NCBI RefSeq assembly: GCF_009914755.1
Contig: NC_060940.1
DNA: 64,000 nucleotides
DNA from: the human T2T-CHM13v2.0 reference genome, Homo sapiens
Strand: one strand, 5' to 3'
This document shows positions 1 to 37,359 of the stretch, one piece after another. The position numbers and the translations under genes are program-made. The notes under the pieces are model-generated. The model was not told where the DNA came from, did not search any database, and saw only the letters and a list, made by a program, of their open reading frames with translations. The number at the start of each line of letters is the position of its first letter. The stretch's first letter is position 1.

Positions 1-2955
<2,955 letters not shown>

Positions 2956-3198
2956 AAGAGATGAGCTACTCAGAGGGAACACGGAATAGGGTCCACCTCC
3001 TGCCACCGGATCCACCACTGTTTTCATCCAGTGCTGAGCCCAATCACCTGGGTCACCTCGGGCTCCTGTCAACAGTCTTTCCTTAAACAACTGGTGGCTG
3101 AAATGAAGGATCCCCCACCAACCACCAGCACTGGGAGACGATGCCACCAGTCCCCATTGCAGAGAAGGAAACTCAGGTCTGTTTCTATGTCCAAAACA

Positions 3199-3204
3199 TT
3201 TATT
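3199..3204 (-). terminator. DPEP2 polyadenylation signal AATAAA
   Basis: tttatt on the + strand, about 90 nt past the stop codon. Confidence 0.85.
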
Positions 3205-3293
3205 TCAGGAAATATTTGTGCCTGCACAACAGGGGAACTTTGTGGGGTGTCTGTGGCTTGCTACAGTGACATCTGGCAGGACTAACTGGGTCA

Positions 3294-9000
<5,707 letters not shown>

Positions 9001-9193
9001 GTTGTGCAGGGCCGGGCAGGCAGGCAGGGGTGGCAGTCAGAGAGCCTGAGAGGGGCGGGCGAGGGGCAGAGCGCGACGATGGAGTCCCGACCCTCGATTC
9101 AGGCCACCTGGCGGCGTGGCCTCAAGAGGAGGGTAACGAAGTCACAGGGCCCCGCGAAGGATGTGCGGAGAGCGGCGGCACCGCCCAGTACGG

Positions 9194-9207
9194 CCACCAG
9201 GGGGCGC
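9194..9207 (+). promoter_or_regulatory. CTCF consensus core, forward
   Basis: CCACCAGGGGGCGC, matches the canonical CTCF motif core. Confidence 0.7.
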
Positions 9208-10689
9208 CCAGCCCTCCCGCCGTCATCCCCAAGGGCGCTCCCGCCGGCTGGGCGGATCCCTGTCCTGGGCGCCCACTCGCGGCCTGTCTTAGGGCCCTCC
9301 ACCCTCCCTTTTACTCCTCCCACTGTCCCCAGGGGGCCGACCCAGGTGGCTCCTCTGCTGCCCCTAGGCTCTCTCTCTAAGAGAGAGGGCCTGGGGTGCT
9401 TCCCCCAAACAGTGGCCCTCTGCCCTGCCCTGGGAGATCTGCAGACCACGTCATGTCCCCAACCGCCTGCAACGTGTCCCGGCCACACCCAGGGCCACAT
9501 GTGTCCCTGTGACCACAGTGCTCTGGGCTCTGGATTTCCTGGTGCTGGGTTGTGTGGGTGGGTGTGGGGGAGAAGATAGGCTCTGGAAATGAGGGGTTAA
9601 CCCTGTGGACTGGATTCAGGAAGGGGCCCCCTGGCCCTGACCTTCTCTCTCCCGTAACTTAGGCCCTCAAGCCTATACTCTGGGGAATCTCCCAGCTACT
9701 AGGACCTGTCAGGAGCACTCCTCCGCCCCCCGCCCCGACCGCACATTCTCCAATCAGCCTTAGGAAAGAGCTCCTTCCTAAGGAGCTGCCACACCTCCCC
9801 AGGACCCCAGTGGAGGGATGAGAGCGCAGCAAGCATCTGGCCACTGCCAGGGAACATTCACTCAACAGAGCAGGAACCCACACAGCCATCTGCATGGAAG
9901 GAAATGAAGTCTTGTCTAGGGCAGCAGAGTCCCCGGCCGCAGCACCTTCCTCCTAGAGCTTCTGGCTGATCTGCTGGCCAGGATACCTCCTACCTCCTTG
10001 AGGAAGCCCCGGCCTCGTCCAGGTCAGGAGTAAGGGGCCTGAGGAAAGCCCTGCCACCTGGGTTCTGCAGCCACACTCCTCTTATCTTGTGGCTCCTGTG
10101 GCTTGAGCTCTCACAGAAACCTCCAGGGCTGAGTCCCTTCCTTGACGACAGGCCCCACCCCATTCCCGGCCTGGGGCCCTCAACCTAGATGCCTCCTCCA
10201 GGAAGGACCCCCAACCACACAAGCACACAAGCTCACAATCACACAGGCACAGGGGATGTGCCCGCTCACAGAAGCCCCACGACCTGAGATCTTCCGGGAC
10301 TGTGGCCAAACCCCTTCGTCCTCAGAGACCTTTGCCTCCTCCTGCCCCTCAGGCTCTCAAGACTCTGCTCTGAACCTTGGCACCCCTGGAACCGCTTCAT
10401 TTTTTGGAGCCTCCCCCACGTGGCAGGGCTGATCAGTGCATGGGTAGTGTGACCTAAGCCTGACGACGACTAGAGATTCAAGAAGGCCTCCTAAAAAGAA
10501 AATGAACCAACTCTTCCAAAGGGACTGGAGGTCCCAAGCTACCCAGGAGGGGAAGTGATCCCAGCTTTGATGTATTTTAGGGACTGCACACTTGATGTTG
10601 CCCAGTGTCTGCTGTCCAGGAGGAAGGCAGATCGATGGCCGAGTGCTCGAGGTGGGTTAACTGTCACGTCTACTGCTGCCGAAGGGGGT

Positions 10690-13442
<2,753 letters not shown>

Positions 13443-13820
13443 TCACATTTTTTAAAATGGAAGAAATAGGTATGGCTTTTCTGTAGGGAATGGGCTGGAG
13501 GCCAGGAGATCAGGAGGGGTAAGGAATGAAGGGGCCTGTAAGGGGGAGAAGCAGTGGGAACAGGAAGGAGACATTCCTGGGACATGTTTGGAAGTTGAAC
13601 CCAGGATTTGGAGATGCTTTGAAGCAGGGTTGGTGGGAGACAGTAAGGAGGAATCAGCGGTGACACTTAAGGTCGGCTCTGGAGTCAGGCCCTGAGTTTC
13701 CCCGCCTCTGCCTTGTTTCCACTCTGCCCACTGCCAGCATCTAGCTAACTTAGACTGTAGCCTCTGACCCCAAATTATCCCTGTGCTCAGGTCTGTGCCA
13801 CTGATATTGGCAGCTCCTAA

Positions 13821-15247
13821 TGAGAGGTGACAGCGTGCTGCCAGTCCTCACAGCCCTCGCTCGCTCTCGGGGCCTCCTCTGCCTGGGCTCCCACTTTGGC
13901 GGCACTTGAAGAGCTCTTCAGCCCACCGCTGCACTGTAGGAGCCCCTTTCTGGGCTGGCCAAGGCCAGAGCCAGCTCCCTCAGCTTGCAGGGAGGTGTGG
14001 AGGGAGAGGCGCGAGTGGGAACCGGGGCTGCGAGCGGCGCTTGCGGGCCAGCTGGAGTTTCGGGTGGGCGTGGGCTTGGCGGGCCCGCACTCGGAGCGGC
14101 CCGCGGGCCCTGCTGGCCCCGGGCAATGAGGGGCTTGGCACCCGGGCCAGTGGCTGCGGAGGATGTACTGGGTCCCCCAGCAGTGCCAGCTCACAGGCGC
14201 TGCGCTCGACTTCTCACCGGGCCTTAGCTGCCTTCCCGGGGGGGCAGGGCTCGGGACCTGCAGCCCTCCATGCCTGAGCCTCCCACCCCCTCCATGGGCT
14301 CCTGTGCGGCCGGAGCCTCCCCGGTGAGCGCCGCCCCCTGCTCCACAGCGCCCAGTCCCATCGACCACCACAGGGCTGAGGAGTGCGGGCGCATGGCGCA
14401 GGACTGGCAGGCAGCTCCACCTGCATCCCTGGTGCGGGATCCACTGGGTGAAGCCAGTTGTGCTCCTGAGTCTGGTGGGGACGTGGACAATCTTTACGTC
14501 TAGCTCAGGATTGTAAATACACCAGTCGGCACTCAGTATCTAGCTCAAGGTTTGTAAACACACCAATCAGCACCCTGTGTCTAGCTCAGAGTTTGTGAAT
14601 GCACCAACTGACACTCTGTATCTAGCTGCTCTGGTGGGGCCTTGGAGAACCTTTGTGTCGACACTCTGTATTTAGCTAATCTGGTGGCGACGTGGAGAAC
14701 CTTTGTGTCTAGCTCAGGGATTGTAAACGCACCAATCAGCACCCTGTCAAAACAGACCACTCGGCTCTACCAATCAGCAGGATGTGGGTGGGGCCAGATA
14801 AGAGAATAAAAGCAGGCTGCCTGAGCCCGCAGTGGCTACCTGTTCTGGTCCCCTTCCACACTGTGGAAGCTTTGTTCTTTTGCTCTTTGCAGTAAATCTT
14901 GCTACTGTTCACTCTTTGGGTCCATGCTGCTTTTATGAGCTTTAACACTCACCGCGAAGGTCTGCAGCTTCACTCCTGAAGCCAGCGAGACCACAAGCCC
15001 ACTGGGAGGAACAAACGACTCCAGACGCACTGCCTTAAAAGCTGTAACACTCACCACGAAGGTCTGCAGCTTCACTCCTGAGCCAACAAGACCACAAACC
15101 CACCAGAAGGAAGAAACTCCAAACATCCAAACATCAAAAGAAACAAACTCCAGACGCGCTACCTTAAGAGCTGTAACACTCACTGCGAGGGTCTGCAGCT
15201 TCATTCTAGAACTCAGTGAGACCAAGAACCCACCAATTCCGGACACA
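13821..15247 (+). mobile_element. Solo LTR of ERV9/HERV9 (LTR12C-like)
   Basis: Starts TGAGAGGTGACAGCGTGCTG and ends CCAATTCCGGACACA, with 4-bp TSD CTAA at 13817-13820 and 15248-15251. GC/CpG-rich U3 with TCTAGCT/CCAAT tandem repeats, and U5 GCTGTAACACTCAC repeats. Confidence 0.93.
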
Positions 15248-16524
15248 CTAAGACAAGATTTCACTAGTGTGTGCTGTTTCCCCTGCAAGGGGGAGGGCAC
15301 AGAGATGGCTTTGGGTGAGGTTAGGGGGAGGATAGGCCTCCTGGTTGGCTAACACTTGTTTACTTCTGGGGCATGAGTGTTCATGTGAGCCCACGATGCC
15401 TGGCCTGTTCCTCTTTTAACAAAGTCTGGTAGGACATGGTGGCTCATGCCTGTAATCCCAGTAATTTGAAGGTCGAGGTGAGAGGATCTCTTGAAGCCGG
15501 AGGTTTGAGACCAGTCTAGGCAACATAATGAGAACTCTAAGAAAAAGGAAAAAAAAAAGTGGTGCATGCCTGTGGTTCCAGGTACTTACGAGGCTGAGGT
15601 GGGAGGTTCGCCTGAGCCCAGGAGTTTAAGGTTGCAGTGAGAGACGATGGCACCACTGCTCCCTAGCCTGGGCGACAGAGTGAGACCCCATCTCTAACAA
15701 AACGAAAACAAGATCCAATGCATCCTCCTGCCTGAAGTTCTTCCGTGGCTTCTCATTGCAGAAATCTACCGAATTTCTTTCTTTGGCTTTCAACTCATGG
15801 AGAGTCTGCTCTCACCAGCCTCTCCAGTCTCAGCAAATAGCACAAACTTTCCTGTCCTCCAAAATCTGGCCACCTCAGTGATGCTACGTCCCCCCATAGA
15901 GCCTTGGCACAACCTCAGCCTCCAATTGGTAGGGCTGTTGAGGCAAGGCCAGGATAGGAAATCTTGCTACCAGGAAGGAGTAGGTGGGTGAACAGCTTTT
16001 CCCTCTACTTCCTCTTCTATGCAGTGTTTGCATAAATCAAGACCTGCAGAGGAGGCAGCAGTAGAAACAGTTTGCTCCAAGGACCAAACTTATTCTGGTG
16101 TGCAGCTCACTCGCCCCTACTCATCTCCAGTGTATTTCAAGAGTATGCAGGGAAGGAAAAAGTCAGGCTGAGTTATAGCTGCACAGGCTGCCTCCCATGC
16201 TCAGAGCGCAGAGGTGGGGTGCAGCTGGGGCTTACTCAGTATCCAGCAGTGCCCAGATGATGATCATCTGCATCCAAGCCCCTCTGGTCCTGGAGACTCA
16301 TGCTTCCCTTTGATGTCGCCCTGGATCTGCTCCCATGATGTCTGATACAGACAATTCCCAAGAAACAATAGTCTTCCAAGCCAGAAAGCAGCCTGGCCAC
16401 TGTAGACAAACATCCTCCAATCACCAAGCTGAAGCCACCCTTCCTGAAACGTCAAATAGCTAACATAACATTTTTCTTCCACAAAAGGAAGTCAATGTTT
16501 ATGTTTCTAGGAGAAGTGCAATAA

Positions 16525-18210
<1,686 letters not shown>

Positions 18211-19109
18211 GTTGCTGGTGGAATCTGTGAGAAACATGGTGACTCGGTCAATAACCATGCCCCAGGCAGTTGTGGGGGACAGCCTGTATTCCATGGCGGC
18301 AACAAAGTTTTCATCTACGGACAGGGCCTCATCATCACCTGCGGCCTTAGCCTGTTCTTCAAAAAGCTGCCACTGCTGCATAGGATCATTTAGATCAGTG
18401 TAGGCATTGCTTATCGCTTTCTTTATGACAAATAGCTTAAAGCGCTGGGTCAGACCTTTTGAGTAGTGCCATTTAGCCAAAGGGCTCATTATCTGGGGGT
18501 GATCACAGATGAATGTAGAATTGTTGCAAATCACTTCCAGGAACTCCCCCAACAAGCTTGTCAAGGAGCCTGGCTGTGGTCCTAGGTGGAGGGCACGCAA
18601 TAGCATTTGCACGCAGATATTATCAAGAATTTTGCCAATTGCTTCAGTTTCAAATAGGTTATTTTCTGGCAGCTTCACCCCCAGGGCTTTCTCAAGCTCT
18701 TCTATCATGCTGATTCTCCGGAAGGGTAGGGTGAAGTCAATATTGCAGGCTTATCCCTCTGGGACATCTGGGTAGTAGGTGACCTTGTAACTACCTGTAT
18801 TATGCTTCACCATCCCTGGAACCATCTTCCCCGTGATTTCCGTGAGATTGTGATAGTCTAGGCCATGTAGAACTCAGGGGTGCTGAACTCAGGATTTTAC
18901 GTCAAATCAATTCCTTCATTCCAGAACTGGAATGCAATTTCATAAACCTGGTCAATGCCACCAACCACTAGCATCTTATGGTAGAGTTCTAGAGTAGTTC
19001 ATGTGCAGCTTGTTGTGATAAGTGATGAAAGGCTTGGTCATAGCTCCCCTGGGATGACGTTCATTCATGGGAGTTTCAAGCTCTAGGAATCCCAGCTCAT
19101 CCAAGAAAC

Positions 19110-19401
19110 TTTTTTTTTTTTTTTGAGATGGAGTTTTCTTGTTGCTCAGGCTGGAGTATAGTGGTGCAATCTTGGCTTACTGCAACCTCCACCTCCTGGG
19201 TTCAAGTAATTCTGCTTCAGCCTCCTGAGTAGCTAGGATTATAGGCACCTGCCACCACGCCCATCTAATTTTTGTATTTTTAGTAGAGGTGGGGTTTTAC
19301 CATGTCGTCCAGACTGGTCTCGAACTCCTGACCTCAGGCAATCTGCCTGCCTTGGCCTCCCAAAGTGCTGGGATTACAGGCGTGAGCCACTGCACCTGGC
19401 C
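19110..19401 (-). mobile_element. Alu inserted in the KARS1 pseudogene
   Basis: Full Alu with flanking aagaaactt at 19103-19111 and 19403-19411. Confidence 0.9.
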
Positions 19402-19751
19402 TAAGAAACTTATTATACATGTGATGATCTTACAGCAGATGATAAATTTCTGCCTCATTCATTCAGGATCAAGTCCAAGTATCTCTGACCATACCTTATT
19501 TCCTTGTCTTTGAGGCCAAAGTGAAGATGAGGTAACATATACAAGCAAGGCCACAGCAGTGTGATCTCATAGGGAATGAAGCTCAGCTCATCCTTCTTGG
19601 TTTTTCCCAGGATTCCTCTGAATTCCAATTATGTTTCCCCAACGCAGTTTGTTATTAATATGAATAAATTATTCTTCCTGAAATTATAATTCCTGAAATT
19701 GGCCATGACTTGCAACTTGACCCCCTCTGCTCAAAGATCATAGAAGTTCAT

Positions 19752-20052
19752 GGCTGGGCACTGTGTCTCACGCCTATAATCCCAGCACTTTGGGAGGCCA
19801 AGGCAGGCAGGCAGATCACCTGAGGTTGGGAGTTCGAGATCAGCCTGACCAACATGGAGAAACCTCACCTCTACTAAAAATACAAAATTAGCCGGGCGTG
19901 GTGGCGCACGCCTGTAATCCCAGCTACTAGGGAGGCTGAGGCAGGAGAATTGCTTAAACCTAGGGAGGAGGAGGTTGCAGTGAGCTGAGATTGTGCCATT
20001 GCATTCCAGCCTGGGCAACAATAGTGAAATTCCATCTCAAAAAAAAAAAAAA
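19752..20052 (+). mobile_element. Alu inserted in the KARS1 pseudogene
   Basis: 18-bp TSD aaagatcatagaagttca at 19733-19750 and 20053-20070. Confidence 0.93.
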
Positions 20053-20119
20053 AAAGATCATAGAAGTTCAGCTTTCCTCCAAAAGCTTTTTTGGCATGGA
20101 TCCTATCTGTCACGTTTAA

Positions 20120-20566
<447 letters not shown>

Positions 20567-20825
20567 TAGTACTGATTTGGGTCCAGGCTCTCCTCCTCAG
20601 GACCCACACCATTGTCAGTGGTATGGTTGGTGGCAGCAGCAGTGACCCGGGCTTAGCTGTTTCTCACTGAGCTCTTACTGCTTGGCTGCCTTCTCTGCCA
20701 CTTTCTTCTCGGCTTTCAGGTATCTCTTCGGCTTGTTCTTGCTCAGTTTTGACTCACCACCATCCACTTTAACCTTGGCCCCTTGTACTGCAGTCATCTT
20801 CCCAGAGGGCCTGGACCCAAAATTG

Positions 20826-29207
<8,382 letters not shown>

Positions 29208-29887
29208 TCAAATACTGTTATGGAAAAATAATTTTTTTAATTTTTTTTTAAATTGAGCAGTAGGGACCTCACTGGGGCCATAATGGGCAGGAAATAAAGT
29301 AACATGTGAGCTTCAGGGGGATGTTGCTCAACTTCCTCCTTATTGTTCTTGCTGTAGGTGGCAGGTCTCCCCAGGTCTCTTTCTTCTACCTCCTGAGATG
29401 CCAAGCAGGAGGCTTTCTCCTGCTGTGACTAGCCATGGGCTGCTGCTTCCAGTTTCAGCAAGTCCTGGCCCTCCTGGTTTGTGCTGGTAGTTGCTGGCAG
29501 TGACTCAAAGCAAAGACCCATCTGGTAGATCAAGCCCTTACTGGGCTATGCTGCACTCCCTCTCTGCACTTGACTCCTCGGCTAGCAGAGTGCAGACTAT
29601 TTCTATCTTCTGCCCAAAAAGGGACTCTGGAGAGATGAGTAGAGGAACATCAGGTTTTCTTCCAGGCCGTCTTCAGCCTTGGGATGTTCAAAGCAACCTC
29701 TCATTTTAAACCACAGTTTCTGAGGCTCCTTGGCCATGGGTAGTTAGCATGGAAGGGGGCTTCTGGATGAGGAAGGCATAGGCAGAATGACTCAGGCTCT
29801 ATCTGCAGTGGTGGGCAGGGGAGGTCACCGCAGAAGAGGCATTAGCTGTCTTAGACAGCTAAACATTTGTCCTTTCTCCCAAATGGC

Positions 29888-31550
<1,663 letters not shown>

Positions 31551-32053
31551 TCTCTCTCAGCCAACCAAACAGATTGGTATCTTACAGAGAAATGGTAGGG
31601 AGGCTTCTCTAGGACGCAGGTGTGTAGTCACGCTGCCATGGAAACTTTGGAAGCTTGTGAGGTCATCACTACCCTGTGAAGTCACCTAAGGAATCTGTGA
31701 CTTAAGGGGCAGGCTTCAGGCCTTCAGGGTTTTGTGGAGGAGAGCAGGGCAGAGATAGAGAGGAATCCTGCCTGGGCCCTCCCATCCAGCCCTCCCTACA
31801 AATGCCTAGTAGCCACTCTGTGGGGCACATCTGTCGGCTGGTACAAGCCCCAGTGACCACAGGAGGGCAAGAGAAACCTAAATTCTGATATGAGCTGGAG
31901 AGGCAAGATTAATCTAAGAGATAGATAGGTAGCCACGCACTGGTGCTAAGCAATCAACAGCAGGAGAGGCAGAGATTGGGATGGACAAAGGGATCATGGA
32001 AGGCTCCTTCGAGCTGGACTTGAAGGACTGGTGAGATCTGGACACACGCAAAG

Positions 32054-34257
<2,204 letters not shown>

Positions 34258-34988
34258 ATAGGAGAGGGAATACGTTCCAGTTAAGAAGACTGAAAACATA
34301 CAGGCTCTTCTTGACTTTGTTCTGCCCCAAATGTAAATTCATAGCACCCTCACATTTTTACCACCTAAGATTCAAGAACGCCAAGAGGTTAGGGGTCCAT
34401 CCAAGGTCATACAGGTAGCAGAGAGGCATTCTGATCCGCAGGGCTTCATTTGGGGCTCCAGAATTATAGCTGTTAAGAATGTGAGGACAAGCTCATCACA
34501 TTTAAAGGTGATGTACACTGGAGGTATGTTAAATGTGCCCCAAGGCAAAATGAGGCTCCCAAATGACTGTATGAAGTGCGAATGATGGTTCTATTTTTAA
34601 AATTTATTCTTTTTTCAGAAACAGGGTCTCACTTTGTCATCCAGGCTAGAATACAGTGGCACCATCATAGCTTACTGTAACCTGGAACTCCTGGCCTCAA
34701 GTGATCCTCTTGCCTTGGCCTCCCAAAGTGCTGAGATTATAGGAGTGAGATGTCACGTCTACAGATGAACCTATTTTAACATGAAATTCAAACAAATTCA
34801 TGACAAGATAAGAATCCCAAATGACTGGCCAGGTGCCTTGGCTCATGTCTGTAATCCCAGCACTTTGGGAGGCTGAGGCAGGCGGGTCACTTGAGGCCAG
34901 GAGTTCACAACCAGCCTGGCCAACATGGCAAAACTCTGTCTCTACTAAAAATATAAAAACTAGCCGGGCATGGTGGTGTGCACCTCTA

Positions 34989-35147
<159 letters not shown>

Positions 35148-35916
35148 TTATCATTACACTGCCCTCTCTTTAAATAGGCAAACAATGACAATCTTATCAC
35201 TATGAAAGGATGAGGTTTAGCTCCCAGCAGCAGCCCAGGTCAGCACTGTGGAGAGGTACCAAAAGGTCATTAGGGCCAGGCGTGGCGGCTCACACCTGTA
35301 ATCCTAGCACTTTGCGAGGTGGAGGCAGGAGTATCTCTTGAGCCCAGGAATTTGAGACCAGCGTGGGTAACATAGCTAGACCTTGTGTCTATTTTTTTTA
35401 TATTTAAAAAAAGGCGATTTGGTCCTACTCAAAGGAAACAGGCAACTCTGCCCTTAGCCTGATCAGGACCACACTAGGAGCAGCCTTTGGTTCAGTGTGG
35501 CCAAGAACTTCCTACCAAAGAGAGATGACCTTAAGGAGAGGTCTCCCTATTACTGGCCTTGAAAAAGCAAACATGGGACATTTATTTAGTGGGGTTATTG
35601 CAGAGGGGATATGCCCAGGAGGTAGAGACGGCCCGATCTTTGGAGACTGGGTCACCCCGGTTGAGAATCATAGCACCTTCTCTCATAAGTTGCTTTAGTG
35701 TGGTGCTAATTGATGGCCTGCAGGGAGTGGTAGGAGGTAAAATATCAAGGGGATGGTTCCTGGGAAGTCTGTTCTGGCAGGAGGGCTAGCATGAGATCAC
35801 TCAGATTCTCCAAGGCTCTGGAGAGAGTACTTGTCCGGAAGCATCCCTCTTGTCTTGTGGGGGTACAAAGCCTTACAGGAATTTGCTGGGACTCTGGGAA
35901 AGGCAGTACAGCATAG

Positions 35917-36756
<840 letters not shown>

Positions 36757-37101
36757 TAGAAGGCAGAACCTGAAAATGTACAAGCAAAACTTCTGTGTTC
36801 GTCTACCCTTTACTTTTCTGCCAGTACCTTCCAGAGATTTCGCCAAGACGCCCGTTTGTCTTGGGCATTGTTAGAGAGTAACTCTGTCTACTGCTAGTCA
36901 CATTTCCTTTCCTTTCCTTTCCCTGGGGGCTTAATGGATACCTTTTTGGGGGCAGGAAATACAAACTAAATGTTTATAAATGAAAACATCAACTGAAAGA
37001 GCCTTTGTCCTAGATGTGGAGGTTTGGTGTATGAATCCTCAGAAACTACTGAATTCCGCCCCGGTGCTAATTATTCTTAGGGGAGGCACATAAAAACATC
37101 A

Positions 37102-37107
37102 TTTATT
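37102..37107 (-). terminator. DDX28 polyadenylation signal AATAAA
   Basis: tttatt on +, about 250 nt past the DDX28 stop. Confidence 0.8.
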
Positions 37108-37359
37108 GTTAGAAATCATGACATGATACAAAGTCAAAATCCACTTGTGTCTTGCTAAAGACTACAGAAAGCCATGCTCAGCAGCTTCTTCTCCAATGCT
37201 GGCCAGCAGCGTACCTTTCCAAGTCACAAAGCAGTTCATCCCGCCCTCAAGGAGCCGACAGGGCAGCCCAGAGCCTCCCACTGACAAGTGTGGTCACCCA
37301 CTCAAGATACTGGGAAAGATCCCTGTTCTAGCATCACATTTTAATCAGATTTGTCAAAA

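Noticed and set aside
13817-14503. Overlapping ORFs up to 184 aa
   Set aside because: GC-rich U3 region of the LTR12 element.
14490-15200. Spaced direct repeats superficially like a CRISPR array
   Set aside because: These are the known tandem U3/U5 repeats of ERV9 LTRs in primate DNA; there are no unique spacers or cas genes.
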